In this document: one piece after another, positions 48,880 through 59,173 of the stretch | Layout: each line of letters opens with the position of its first letter | Numbering within the stretch: the first letter of the stretch is position 1 | Assembly (NCBI RefSeq): GCF_056712565.1 | Contig: NZ_CM160072.1 | Length of the DNA: 64,000 bases | Reading direction: 5' to 3' (one strand) | Translations under genes and position numbers: made by a program | Notes under the pieces: model-generated | The model's database searches: none | What the model was told of the DNA's origin: nothing | What the model saw: the letters and a program-made list of their open reading frames with translations, nothing else

Positions 48880-49524
48880 TTATAGTTTGAAATCTGCGTA
48901 ATTATCAATAACCTCTAGAACACCGCTGATGTTGTTATCTCTGCGCCAATTCCAATTGCCATGTATCAAATTTGCATTAGAATAAAGATATCTAAGGAAC
49001 TGAGATGGTAAGAGTGGTTTGTTGCATAAAAATTCATCATAACTATTACTCATATACCACACATATCCATTTTTAATGTCAAAACTTAAATTCTCACCTT
49101 CAATTTTCTTAAAGTTAATTTCTTTATTTAGAGCATTTTCAAACTCTTGTGTATAATAAACACAGTGTATATGAGCGTGAGAAATGCACCCTCCTGAACG
49201 ATCTATATTTTCACCTGCTCCGCTTTCAAAGAAAATTAGAGATCTACCAGATTGGTGGATTATAAATTCATTAAGTTCTCGCAGAATCTCCTTGCCATTA
49301 CTCCGGGTATCTCGATCAAGAGCAGCAAAGGAGTTGATATGCCGCTTAGGAATCAGCATCACATGCGAATTATTTAGCGGGCCAATACTAGGTACAATTA
49401 GAAAATCATTTGTTTCTGCAATGATATTTTTCTTGTCATTTACGATTTCATCGTATCCTTTGATAAGGCTAATGCCATTTATTTCATCGCATATTCCACA
49501 GAACGAATTACAAGAATTATTCAC
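48880..49524 (-). CDS. HIT (histidine triad)-motif protein, cargo gene
   Basis: 214 aa; HIT signature SHAHIHCVY and upstream HVMLIPKRHI; N-terminal CxxC (CNSFCGIC); AT-rich. Confidence 0.75.
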   Translation of the reverse strand: MNNSCNSFCGICDEINGISLIKGYDEIVNDKKNIIAETNDFLIVPSIGPLNNSHVMLIPKRHINSFAALDRDTRSNGKEILRELNEFIIHQSGRSLIFFESGAGENIDRSGGCISHAHIHCVYYTQEFENALNKEINFKKIEGENLSFDIKNGYVWYMSNSYDEFLCNKPLLPSQFLRYLYSNANLIHGNWNWRRDNNISGVLEVIDNYADFKL

Positions 49525-50089
49525 GTTTATTGTCTCCTGGTTTTTTAGGGAGCAATTTTTCAGCCCAAGATGCGAGTCGGCTTAGAACTAAGTCTGAAAA
49601 ATATCCTAATATAAAACAAATCGAGAATGCAATTTTGGTCTTACCATGCCCTTTAATGGAGGATACAAACGTATCCGGAGATAATATCGTATAAGAACAA
49701 AAAGCCACTAAAGCAGCTAAGAACGGAATAAAAATCCTCCAGTAGAACTTATGGGATTCCCAAGGGAAATTATACTGATTGTTTTTCCCTCTAGCAGTTA
49801 CTCTATAAAACCATTTTGCATTATACACCCACCCTCCAAAAAAACCACCAAGAATAGAAAACAAAGATATTTTATTATTATATGACAGCTCAAAAACAAA
49901 TTGAAAAAGAAAGGCGAGAATGCAACCTATTACAAAAAGAACTATTAAATAAGCAAATTCGAATTTTATTTGTTCACAATCGTTATTAAAATAAGGCACA
50001 ACCTCATCATCGCCTAAGGTTTTTTTTCTTTCAGTCATTTGCCAAACACCTTCATTTTTTACTGTGAGCCAGGGTAATTGCATATTCAA
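49517..50089 (-). CDS. small membrane protein (~4 TM helices), cargo gene upstream of HIT gene
   Basis: 190 aa; hydrophobic segments AYLIVLFVIGCILAFLFQFVF, ISLFSILGGFFGGWVY, FYWRIFIPFLAALVAFCSY, IAFSICFILGYF; 8-bp overlap with HIT gene; start codon uncertain. Confidence 0.65.
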   Translation of the reverse strand: MNMQLPWLTVKNEGVWQMTERKKTLGDDEVVPYFNNDCEQIKFEFAYLIVLFVIGCILAFLFQFVFELSYNNKISLFSILGGFFGGWVYNAKWFYRVTARGKNNQYNFPWESHKFYWRIFIPFLAALVAFCSYTILSPDTFVSSIKGHGKTKIAFSICFILGYFSDLVLSRLASWAEKLLPKKPGDNKRE

Positions 50090-50214
50090 CTTGGCTATTC
50101 TAATTAATTCTCACAAGATTTCATAGATGTTGAGTAGACCTCTCAGAAGTTGTTTCATTCCTCACAGAATCCATCTCGATTGCCACTAATCTTGCCGGGC
50201 GTCATCCTTCCCAT

Positions 50215-50850
50215 ATGAAAAATCTAAATTCTTTGCAAGAAATCGCACGCGCGATCCGAAATCTCATCCGTACCGGCATCGTTAGCGACGTAGACCTCAA
50301 GGAGGGGCTATGTCGTATCCAGACCGGGGGGATGCAAACCACTTGGCTGAACTGGCTGACCACCCGAGCCGGTCGTTCGCGGACGTGGTGGGCTCCCTCG
50401 GTCGGTGAGCAGGTTCTGCTGCTGGCAATCGGTGGCGAGCTTGATACCGCTTTCGTGCTGCCGGGTATTTTCTCCGACGATAACCCCGCCCCGTCTGCCT
50501 CGGCGGATGCGTGGCATGTGGCTTTCCCTGATGGTGCGGTCATTGAGTACGAGCCCGAAACCGGCGCGCTGACGGTCAGCGGCATAAAAACGGCCGACGT
50601 GACGGCATCGGAGTCCATCACCGCAACCGTACCGCTGGTACTGGTGAAAGCCTCGACCAGTATCACCCTCGACACCCCGGAGGTGATTTGCACCAATAAG
50701 CTAACGACGGCGACGCTTGAGGTGCAGAAAGGCGGCAAGATGAGCGGCAATCTCGAACATACCGGCGGGTCACTGTCGTCTAATGGCAAGGTACTCCACA
50801 CCCATAAACACCCGGGCGACAGCGGCGGGCAAACGGGGGCACCGTTATGA
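50215..50850 (+). CDS. baseplate spike (gpV family)
   Basis: 211 aa; position. Confidence 0.8.
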   Translation: MKNLNSLQEIARAIRNLIRTGIVSDVDLKEGLCRIQTGGMQTTWLNWLTTRAGRSRTWWAPSVGEQVLLLAIGGELDTAFVLPGIFSDDNPAPSASADAWHVAFPDGAVIEYEPETGALTVSGIKTADVTASESITATVPLVLVKASTSITLDTPEVICTNKLTTATLEVQKGGKMSGNLEHTGGSLSSNGKVLHTHKHPGDSGGQTGAPL

Positions 50851-51194
50851 CGGCGCGCTATCAGGGGATGAACCGAAATACCGGCCTTGGCATCAGCGAT
50901 ACCGAGCATATCAGCCAGAGCATGCGCGATATTCTGCTGACGCCGGTCGGCTCGCGGGTGATGCGTCGTGAATATGGCTCGCTTCTGTCGGCGCTGATTG
51001 ATATGCCGCAAAACCCGGCGCTCAGGCTGCAAATTATGGTGGCGTGCTATTCGGCTATCCAGAAGTGGGAGCCGCGCATCAGGCTTACATCCATCAGCTT
51101 TGAGGCCGGCGACGCTGGCGAGATGTATGTCGATATTACCGGGATGCGTACCGATACCGGTGCGTCAGTTTCAACCACTGTTTCACTGAGTTAA
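50847..51194 (+). CDS. baseplate wedge protein (gpW family)
   Basis: 115 aa; overlapping start. Confidence 0.8.
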   Translation: MTARYQGMNRNTGLGISDTEHISQSMRDILLTPVGSRVMRREYGSLLSALIDMPQNPALRLQIMVACYSAIQKWEPRIRLTSISFEAGDAGEMYVDITGMRTDTGASVSTTVSLS

Positions 51195-51200
51195 ATAACT

Positions 51201-52109
51201 ATGGCAACCGTTGACCTGAGTCAGTTACCCGTTCCCGATGTGGTTGAGGAACTGGACTATGAAACCATCCTTGCGGAACGCAAAGCGACGCTGATATCGC
51301 TCTATCCAGAAGACCAGCAGGAGGCCATTGCCCGGACGCTCACACTTGAGTCAGAGCCGGTTGTTAAGCTGCTGCAGGAAAACGCCTACCGTGAAGTTAT
51401 CTGGCGTCAGCGGGTGAACGAAGCCGCGCAGGCGGTGACGCTGGCCTACTCCGCCGGTAACGACCTCGACGTCGTAGCCGGGAACAATAATACCGAACGC
51501 CTGACCATCACCCCGGCGGATGATACCACCATCCCGCCGACACCTGCCGTTATGGAATCTGATACCGACCTGCGACTGCGCACGCAACAGGCGTTTGAGG
51601 GATTGAGCGTGGCGGGTCCGGTCGGTGCATATGAGTATCACGGTCGCAGCGCCGACGGGCGGGTCGCTGACGTTTCGGTCGCCAGCCCGTCGCCAGCCTG
51701 CGTGACGATTACCGTGCTATCGCGTGAGGGTGACGGCACTGCCAGCCCTGAGCTACTGGCGATTGTTGATAAAGCGCTGAACGCCGAAGATGTGCGCCCG
51801 GTGGCTGACCGGGTGACCGTCCAGTCAGCCGAGATTGTACCGTACCAGATTGACGCGACGATCTACGTTTACCCCGGCCCCGAATCTGAACCCATCAGGC
51901 AGGCGTCAGAGCAGAAGCTGCAGAGCTACATCAGCGCGCAGCACCGCCTCGGGCGTGATATCCGTCTGTCAGCCATTTATGCGGCGCTGCATGTTGAGGG
52001 GGTGCAGCGTGTCGAGCTGACATCACCGCAGGCCGACATAGTGCTGAGTAAGTCGCAGGCGTCGAACTGTACCGAGTACCAGATAACTATCGGGGGCTCG
52101 GATGAATGA
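51201..52109 (+). CDS. baseplate protein (gpJ family)
   Basis: 302 aa. Confidence 0.8.
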   Translation: MATVDLSQLPVPDVVEELDYETILAERKATLISLYPEDQQEAIARTLTLESEPVVKLLQENAYREVIWRQRVNEAAQAVTLAYSAGNDLDVVAGNNNTERLTITPADDTTIPPTPAVMESDTDLRLRTQQAFEGLSVAGPVGAYEYHGRSADGRVADVSVASPSPACVTITVLSREGDGTASPELLAIVDKALNAEDVRPVADRVTVQSAEIVPYQIDATIYVYPGPESEPIRQASEQKLQSYISAQHRLGRDIRLSAIYAALHVEGVQRVELTSPQADIVLSKSQASNCTEYQITIGGSDE

Positions 52110-52710
52110 CCGGCTATTACCCGTTGGCTCGTCGCCGCTGGAGGTCGCCGCCGCCGCTGCGTTCTCTGAGATTCAGCGCGTGCCGGTACCGCTGCGCACC
52201 CTGTGGAACTGGCGCACCTGCCCGGTAAAGCTGCTGCCGTATCTGGCGTGGGCGCTGTCGGTCGACAGGTGGGATGAGAAATGGCCGGAGGCGACAAAGC
52301 GCAGCGTCTGCGCGTCCTCGTTTTTCGTCCATCAGCACAAAGGCACCATCAGCGCATTGCGTCGGGTCGTCGAGCCGCTCGGCTTTCTGATTGAGGTGCG
52401 CGAGTGGTGGCAACTCGACGAGGAGCCAGGCACATTCCGCCTCGTTGTTGGCGTCCTCGACAGCGGCATCACTGACGAAATGTATCAGGAGCTTGAGCGC
52501 CTGATTGAAGACGCCAAACCGGCAAGTCGCCACCTGACGGGGCTGGCTATCAGCCTGAGTGCAACCGGCGAGCTGTATGTCGGCGCGGGATGCTACGCCG
52601 GCGACGCGCTGACCGTTTACCCCTACACCCCCGAGGAAATTGTCGTCGGCGGTGAATATTACCCGGCCTCGGCCATCCATTTGATTGATAACCTGAGAGT
52701 GAACGCATGA
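52102..52710 (+). CDS. baseplate protein (gpI family)
   Basis: 202 aa; overlapping start. Confidence 0.75.
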   Translation: MNDRLLPVGSSPLEVAAAAAFSEIQRVPVPLRTLWNWRTCPVKLLPYLAWALSVDRWDEKWPEATKRSVCASSFFVHQHKGTISALRRVVEPLGFLIEVREWWQLDEEPGTFRLVVGVLDSGITDEMYQELERLIEDAKPASRHLTGLAISLSATGELYVGAGCYAGDALTVYPYTPEEIVVGGEYYPASAIHLIDNLRVNA

Positions 52711-53732
52711 CCGCAAAATATTTTGCCATTCTGACCAATCAGGGCGCGGCGCGGCTGGCGAACGCGGCGACACTCGGTACCAAGCTCAACCTGACGCAGA
52801 TGGCGGTCGGTGATGCGAATGGTACGCTGCCGACCCCTGACCCGACGCAGACGAAGCTCATTAACCAGAAGCGCATCGCGCCGCTGAACCTGCTGACCGT
52901 TGACCCGGCCAATACCAGCCAGATTATCGCGGAACAGATTATTCCCGAGAATGAGGGCGGTTTCTGGATCCGTGAGATTGGTCTCTATGATGATGCCGGT
53001 GTGCTTATTGCCGTGGCGAACTGCCCGGAAACCTACAAACCACAACTGCAGGAGGGAAGCGGCCGCACGCAGACCATTCGCATGATTCTGATTGTGTCGA
53101 GCACGTCGGCTATTACTCTGAAAATCGACCCGTCGGTCGTGCTGGCAACGCGCCAGTATGTCGACGATAAGGTTATTGAGGTGAAAGCCTATGCCGATAA
53201 TCTGCTGGCCGCACACCTCGCCGCCGCGAATCCTCATCCGCAGTACCTGCAAGTCGCCGACATAGCGAAATATACGCCAGTAGGTGTGCCACTTCCTTTC
53301 CCGTCAGCAACGCCGCCGACAGGCTGGCTGAAATGCAACGGCGCGGCATTTGATAAGGCGAAATATCCGGGGCTGGCTGCAGTTTTTCCGTCTGGTTATT
53401 TGCCTGATTTACGCGGTGAGTTTATTCGCTGCTGGGATGATGGGCGCGGTATTGATTCAGGCCGCATGTTACTGAGCGCGCAGACGGGAATGCTGGAAAG
53501 GCACCGACACTTCATCGTCGCGAATACTGCATATGAGGAAACCGATGAATGGGATATTGGTGTCATTTATCGTTCTACATACGTGCAGGGACGCGGGCTT
53601 GATGCATCTTCGACTGGAGGTAGCTTGATTCCTACCCCGACCCTTCACTCTAAAGGTCGTGTAGGTAATACCGGCGGAGCTGAAACACGACCGCGTAACA
53701 TCGCATTTAATTACATCGTGAGGGCGGCATAA
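52707..53732 (+). CDS. tail fibre protein (gpH-like, short, with C-terminal tail-collar-like domain)
   Basis: 341 aa; conserved N-terminus MTAKYFAILTNQGAARLANA; C-terminal GWLKCNGAAFDKAKYPGLAAVFP...LPDLRGEF. Confidence 0.8.
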   Translation: MTAKYFAILTNQGAARLANAATLGTKLNLTQMAVGDANGTLPTPDPTQTKLINQKRIAPLNLLTVDPANTSQIIAEQIIPENEGGFWIREIGLYDDAGVLIAVANCPETYKPQLQEGSGRTQTIRMILIVSSTSAITLKIDPSVVLATRQYVDDKVIEVKAYADNLLAAHLAAANPHPQYLQVADIAKYTPVGVPLPFPSATPPTGWLKCNGAAFDKAKYPGLAAVFPSGYLPDLRGEFIRCWDDGRGIDSGRMLLSAQTGMLERHRHFIVANTAYEETDEWDIGVIYRSTYVQGRGLDASSTGGSLIPTPTLHSKGRVGNTGGAETRPRNIAFNYIVRAA

Positions 53733-54328
53733 TGGCGAAAGCAACATTGAATAAAATCGGTATTGCCACAAAAGCCGGTGATATGACTGTTTATAACTAC
53801 GACGGGGAAACGCGCGAGTTTCTGTCGACTTCCACCGAGTTTCTAGCGGTGGGCGTGGGGATTCCAGCCAACTCGTGTACTGATGCGCCGGTCGATGAGA
53901 AAGAAGGTTTTGCCATTTGCCGCACGGCCAGCCTTGATGGGTGGGATTATGTTGTCGACCACCGGGGCGAGACCGTGTATGACACCGAAACCGGTCAGCC
54001 TGTCGAGATTACCGGGCTTGGTGATTATCCTGATAATGTGACCACCATCGAACCGATGACGCCTTACGACCGCTGGAACGGTAGCGAATGGATTATGGAT
54101 GCGGATGCACAGAAAGGCGGTCAGGTTGCGACAGCAGAACAGAATAAAGCCTCATTGCTGGCCGAAGCGCAAAGCACAATCAGCCTGTGGCAGACTGAGC
54201 TGCAGCTCGACATCATCAGCGACGATGACAAAGCCAACCTGATTGCATGGATGAAATACATTCAGGCACTGAACGCGGTCGACACCTCAACAGCACCGGA
54301 TATCGAGTGGCCGGTAAAACCGGAATAA
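53732..54328 (+). CDS. tail fibre assembly chaperone (gpG/Tfa family)
   Basis: 198 aa; C-terminal Tfa-like region (YDRWNGSEWIMDADAQKGGQVA...). Confidence 0.75.
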   Translation: MAKATLNKIGIATKAGDMTVYNYDGETREFLSTSTEFLAVGVGIPANSCTDAPVDEKEGFAICRTASLDGWDYVVDHRGETVYDTETGQPVEITGLGDYPDNVTTIEPMTPYDRWNGSEWIMDADAQKGGQVATAEQNKASLLAEAQSTISLWQTELQLDIISDDDKANLIAWMKYIQALNAVDTSTAPDIEWPVKPE

Positions 54329-54459
54329 CGCAAGGCGGGCTGATGCCCGTCTTTTTTATGATTTGTTTATGTGCCATCCCCTACCCATCGCCGATAAATA
54401 GCCCCTCAACAGACCAGCCAGGACAATAACACTTGCCCACTAACCACGGAGTTAACCGG

Positions 54460-55638
54460 ATGAGTGATTTTCACCACGGCGTGCAGGTGCTTGAGATTAA
54501 CGACGGCACCCGCGTCATTTCCACTGTTGCAACCGCAATCGTCGGCATGGTCTGTACAGCCAGCGATGCGGATGCGGCAACCTTTCCCCTCAACGAGCCG
54601 GTACTGATTACCAATGTGCAAAGCGCCATTGCGAAAGCCGGTAAAAAAGGCACTCTGGCCGCGTCCCTGCAGGCCATCGCCGACCAGTCAAAACCTGTCA
54701 CAGTTGTCGTGCGTGTTGCCGAAGGTACCGGAGAAGACGCCGAAGCGCAGACCATTTCCAATATCATCGGCGGCACGGATGAGAACGGTAAATATACCGG
54801 CATCAAGGCGCTATTGACTGCCGAAGCAGTCACCGGCGTTAAGCCGCGCATTCTCGGCGTGCCGGGTCTCGATACCAAAGAGGTCGCAGTCGCACTTGCT
54901 TCGGTCTGTATCAGCCTGCGCGCGTTTGGTTATGTCAGCGCATGGGGTTGTAAAACCATTTCCGAGTCGATGGCCTATCGCGAGAATTTCAGCCAGCGCG
55001 AGCTGATGGTCATCTGGCCTGATTTCCTTGCATGGGATACCACCACAAACGCCACCGCACCGGCATACGCAACTGCGCGCGCACTCGGCCTGCGTGCCTA
55101 TATCGACCAGACCGTCGGCTGGCACAAAACCCTGTCTAACGTCGGCGTGCAGGGTGTTACCGGCATCAGTGCGTCAGTGTTTTGGGATTTGCAGGCATCC
55201 GGCACCGATGCTGATCTGCTCAACGAGGCCGGGGTCACGACACTGGTGCGTAAGGATGGCTTCCGCTTTTGGGGTAACCGCACCTGCTCTGATGACCCGC
55301 TTTTCCTGTTTGAGAACTACACCCGCACCGCGCAGGTGCTGGCCGACACGATGGCCGAGGCGCACATGTGGGCGGTCGATAAGCCCATCACCGCATCACT
55401 TATCCGTGACATTGTCGACGGCATTAACGCCAAATTCCGCGAGCTGAAATCAAACGGCTACATCGTGGACGGTGAATGCTGGTTCGACGAGGAATCGAAC
55501 GATAAGGAAACCCTCAAGGCCGGGAAACTGTATATCGACTACGACTATACACCGGTTCCACCACTGGAAAGCCTAACCCTGCGCCAGCGTATCACCGATA
55601 AATATCTGGTGGATCTGGCCGAATCGGTCAACAGCTAA
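54460..55638 (+). CDS. tail sheath protein (gpFI family)
   Basis: Start taken at MSDFHHGVQVLEINDG (ORF opens at 54433). Confidence 0.85.
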   Translation: MSDFHHGVQVLEINDGTRVISTVATAIVGMVCTASDADAATFPLNEPVLITNVQSAIAKAGKKGTLAASLQAIADQSKPVTVVVRVAEGTGEDAEAQTISNIIGGTDENGKYTGIKALLTAEAVTGVKPRILGVPGLDTKEVAVALASVCISLRAFGYVSAWGCKTISESMAYRENFSQRELMVIWPDFLAWDTTTNATAPAYATARALGLRAYIDQTVGWHKTLSNVGVQGVTGISASVFWDLQASGTDADLLNEAGVTTLVRKDGFRFWGNRTCSDDPLFLFENYTRTAQVLADTMAEAHMWAVDKPITASLIRDIVDGINAKFRELKSNGYIVDGECWFDEESNDKETLKAGKLYIDYDYTPVPPLESLTLRQRITDKYLVDLAESVNS

Positions 55639-55653
55639 GGAGCCTGAAACAAC

Positions 55654-56172
55654 ATGGCACTACCCCGCAAACTTAAATATCTGAACATGTTCAATGACGG
55701 CCTTAGCTACATGGGCGTTGTGGAATCCGTGACGCTGCCGAAGCTGACCCGCAAGCTCGAAAACTATCGCGGCGGCGGCATGAATGGCGCGGCGGCGATT
55801 GACCTTGGTCTCGACGATGATGCGCTCACCGTCGAATGGTCTGTCGGTGGCCTGCCTGATGTGGCGCTGTGGGCGCAGTACGCCGCGCCGGGTGCTGACG
55901 CTGTGCCGTTGCGTTTTGCTGGCTCTTACCAACGTGACGACACTGGCGAAATCGTGGCGGTCGAGGTGGTCATGCGTGGCCGTCATAAAGAAATCGACGG
56001 CGGCGAGAATAAGCAGGGTGAAAACACCTCGACCAAACTGTCGACCGTATGCACCTATTACCGCCTCACGATTGATGGTAGCGACGTCATCGAAATCGAC
56101 ACCGTCAACATGGTTGAGAAGGTGAACGGCGTCGACCGTCTGGAACAGCACCGCCGCGCAATCGGGCTGTAA
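55654..56172 (+). CDS. tail tube protein (gpFII family)
   Basis: 172 aa. Confidence 0.85.
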   Translation: MALPRKLKYLNMFNDGLSYMGVVESVTLPKLTRKLENYRGGGMNGAAAIDLGLDDDALTVEWSVGGLPDVALWAQYAAPGADAVPLRFAGSYQRDDTGEIVAVEVVMRGRHKEIDGGENKQGENTSTKLSTVCTYYRLTIDGSDVIEIDTVNMVEKVNGVDRLEQHRRAIGL

Positions 56173-56235
56173 TTCCCTGACCGGTCAGCACTGCTGGCCG
56201 GTTATTAATCCCCATTCAGAGCAGAGAAAAACATC

Positions 56236-56571
56236 ATGGCAAAAGCACCACGTAAAACCGCTGAATTTGTTGATATGGCTGGCAATGAAATTGACACCGT
56301 AAACCCGAACGTCGTGACCCTCGACAAGCCGATTAAGCGCGCCGGTCAGACGATTGATAAAGTCACACTGATTGAGCCGAACGCCGGTACCCTGCGCGGT
56401 GTCAGTCTGGCAGCGGTGGCGCAGTCCGAAGTCGATGCGCTGATTAAGGTATTGCCACGCATGACCTACCCCGCGCTTACGGCGCAGGAGCTTACCGCAA
56501 TGAACCTGCCCGATATGCTGTCGCTGGCCGCTAAGGTGATTGGTTTTTTGTCACCGGCTTCGGCGGAGTAG
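56236..56571 (+). CDS. tail assembly chaperone E (0-frame product)
   Basis: 111 aa; precedes tape measure; contains slippery heptamer. Confidence 0.75.
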   Translation: MAKAPRKTAEFVDMAGNEIDTVNPNVVTLDKPIKRAGQTIDKVTLIEPNAGTLRGVSLAAVAQSEVDALIKVLPRMTYPALTAQELTAMNLPDMLSLAAKVIGFLSPASAE

Positions 56572-56723
56572 ATTTCCCGCCCGACCTGTCGACCGATGAC
56601 CTGATGGCGGATATCGCGGTGATATTCCACTGGCCGCTATCAGATCTCTATTCCCTGAGCCTGACCGAGCTCATCACATGGCGCGAAAAGGCGCTGCAGC
56701 GTAGCGGACACCACAATGAGTAA
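56236..56723 (+). CDS. tail assembly chaperone E+E' (predicted -1 programmed frameshift product)
   Basis: Slippery T-TTT-TTG at 56544-56550; -1 frame stays open to TAA at 56721-56723 and overlaps tape-measure start. Confidence 0.6.
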
Positions 56724-59160
56724 TAACCTGAGACTTGAGGTTTTGCTGAAAGCGGTCGACCAGGCGACCCGACCGCTTAAATCCATCCAGACCGCGAGTA
56801 AAACCCTGTCGGGCGATATTCGCGACACACAAAAAGGGCTGCGTGACCTGAACGGGCAGGCCGCGAAAATCGACGGCTTTCGCAAAACCAGCGCTCAACT
56901 GGCCGTAACCGGCCAGTCGCTGGAGAAGGCAAAGCGCGAGGCTGAAGCGCTTGCCACGCAATTCAAAAATACTGAGCGCCCGACGCGAGCGCAGGCACAG
57001 GTGCTCGAATCCGCAAAACGTGCCGCCGAGGGGCTGCAGGTTAAATACAACAGCCTCACCGAGTCGGTTAAACGCCAGCAACGCGAGCTGGGTGCCGCCG
57101 GTATCAATACCCGCAATCTGGCAAACGATGAGCGGGGGCTTAAAACACGTATCAGCGAGACGACGGCGCAGCTCAACCGGCAGCGTGAAGCATTGGCGAA
57201 GGTCAGCGCACAGCAGGCGCACCTAAACCGAGTGAAAGAGCGATATAAATCGGGTAAGGAGCTTGCCGGTAACATGGCCGCTGCAGGTGCTGCCGGGGTC
57301 GGTATTGCGACAGCGGGAACGATGGCCGGGGTTAAATTGCTGATGCCCGGTTATGACTTTGCGCAAAAAAACTCCGAGCTGCAGGCTGTGCTCGGGGTCG
57401 ATAAGCAGTCGCCAGAAATGCAGGCGTTACGCAAACAGGCGCGCCAGCTCGGTGACAATACAGCCGCTTCTGCTGATGATGCAGCCAGTGCGCAGATTAT
57501 CATTGCAAAAGGTGGTGGTGATGCGGCGGCTATAGCGGCCATGACACCTGTGACTCTCAACCTGTCGCTTGCAAACAAAAAAACAATGGAGGAAAACGCG
57601 CAACTGTTGATGGGGACAAAAGCCGCCTTTCAACTTTCTAATGACGCGGCTGCGCATATCGGTGATGTTCTTTCAACCACGATGAACAAAACCACCGCTG
57701 ATTTTCAGGGACTAAGTGACTCATTAAGTTACCTTGCCCCTGTTGCGAAAAATGCTGGGGTGAGTCTTGAACAGGCGGCGGCGATTACCGGCACACTTCA
57801 TGATAATAACATCAGGGGGTCAATGGCTGGGACTGGCGGCGCTGCTGTTATAACGAGACTACAGGCACCCACAGGCAAAGCATACGATGCTCTCAAAGAG
57901 CTGGGAGTTAAAACCTCAGACAGCAAAGGCAATACGCGCCCGCTATTTACCATCCTGAAAGAAATGCAGGCCAGTTTTAAGCGCAACAATCTTGGTACCT
58001 CACAAAAGGCCGAGTACGTGAAAACGATATTCGGCGAGGAGGCTATGAAGTCTGCAAGTGTCCTTATGGCGGCAGCGGCAAGCGGAAAACTCGATAAGCT
58101 AACTGCCACGATAAAGGATTCAGACGGTAAAACAGAGGAGCTGGTCAAGGTTATGCAGGATAACCTCGGCGGCGACTTCAAGGAGTTCCAGTCAGCATAT
58201 GAGGCGGTCGGCACTGACCTCTATGACCAGCAAGATAGCTCATTGCGTCAGCTAACTCAGACAGCAACACGGTATGTGCTAAAGCTTGATGACTGGATCA
58301 AAGACAACAAGGAGTTAGCGGAAACTATCGGCATCATCGCCGGTGGTGCGCTGGCGCTGATTGGTATCATCGGCGGCATTGGTCTCGTTGCGTGGCCGGT
58401 TGTCATGGGGATTAATGCAATTATCGCCGCTGCTGGCGTGCTGGGTACGGTCTTTACTGTCGTCGGTAGTGCCATTGCGACAGCGCTCGGTGCGATTACC
58501 TGGCCGATAGTGGCCGTCGGTGCGGCGATTGTGGCGGGGGCGCTACTCATCCGTAAATATTGGGAGCCCATCAGCGCATTTTTCTCGGGAGTGATTGAAG
58601 GCATCATGAGTGCCTTTGCCCCAGTCGGGGAAATGTTAGCTCCACTGGCTCCCATTTTTGATGGTCTCGGCGAGAAACTGCGCGGCGTCTGGCAGTGGTT
58701 TAAAGACCTGATAGCACCGGTTAAGGCCACGCAGGAAACGCTTGATAGCTGCAAAAATGTCGGCGTCATATTTGGTCAGGCACTGGCCTCTGCCTTGATG
58801 GCTCCGCTCAATGTTTTTAACAAGCTGCGCAGCGGTGTCGACTGGCTTCTCGAAAAGCTCGGCATCATCAACAAAGAGTCGGACAGCCTCGACCAGACCG
58901 CCGCCAAAACCAATGCCGCCACACAGGGTAATTCCTACATCCCGGCAACCAGCACATATGGCGGCTATCAGGCTTATCAGCCAGTTACCGCACCGGCGGG
59001 GCGCTCTTACATTGACCAGAGCAAAAGCGAATACAACATCAATCTGCCGGGAGGTGTTGCGCCGGGGCATCAGCTTGACAGACAACTACGCGACACGCTC
59101 GAACAGATTGAGCGCGATAAACGCGCCCGCCAGCGTGCCAACATGACCCACGACTATTGA
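56716..59160 (+). CDS. tail tape measure protein (gpT family)
   Basis: 814 aa; coiled-coil/Ala-Gly-rich. Confidence 0.85.
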   Translation: MSNNLRLEVLLKAVDQATRPLKSIQTASKTLSGDIRDTQKGLRDLNGQAAKIDGFRKTSAQLAVTGQSLEKAKREAEALATQFKNTERPTRAQAQVLESAKRAAEGLQVKYNSLTESVKRQQRELGAAGINTRNLANDERGLKTRISETTAQLNRQREALAKVSAQQAHLNRVKERYKSGKELAGNMAAAGAAGVGIATAGTMAGVKLLMPGYDFAQKNSELQAVLGVDKQSPEMQALRKQARQLGDNTAASADDAASAQIIIAKGGGDAAAIAAMTPVTLNLSLANKKTMEENAQLLMGTKAAFQLSNDAAAHIGDVLSTTMNKTTADFQGLSDSLSYLAPVAKNAGVSLEQAAAITGTLHDNNIRGSMAGTGGAAVITRLQAPTGKAYDALKELGVKTSDSKGNTRPLFTILKEMQASFKRNNLGTSQKAEYVKTIFGEEAMKSASVLMAAAASGKLDKLTATIKDSDGKTEELVKVMQDNLGGDFKEFQSAYEAVGTDLYDQQDSSLRQLTQTATRYVLKLDDWIKDNKELAETIGIIAGGALALIGIIGGIGLVAWPVVMGINAIIAAAGVLGTVFTVVGSAIATALGAITWPIVAVGAAIVAGALLIRKYWEPISAFFSGVIEGIMSAFAPVGEMLAPLAPIFDGLGEKLRGVWQWFKDLIAPVKATQETLDSCKNVGVIFGQALASALMAPLNVFNKLRSGVDWLLEKLGIINKESDSLDQTAAKTNAATQGNSYIPATSTYGGYQAYQPVTAPAGRSYIDQSKSEYNINLPGGVAPGHQLDRQLRDTLEQIERDKRARQRANMTHDY

Positions 59161-59173
59161 GGGGGATTAAACG

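Noticed and set aside
54328-54460. Possible cargo slot between G and FI (the Z/fun hotspot position of P2-like phages)
   Set aside because: Only ~130 bp with a terminator-like hairpin; no ORF or AT-rich insert, so this hotspot is empty here.
56674-59085. Long antisense ORFs (up to 182 aa) within the tape-measure gene
   Set aside because: They are opposite the syntenic late operon, in a region of strong codon bias on the plus strand.
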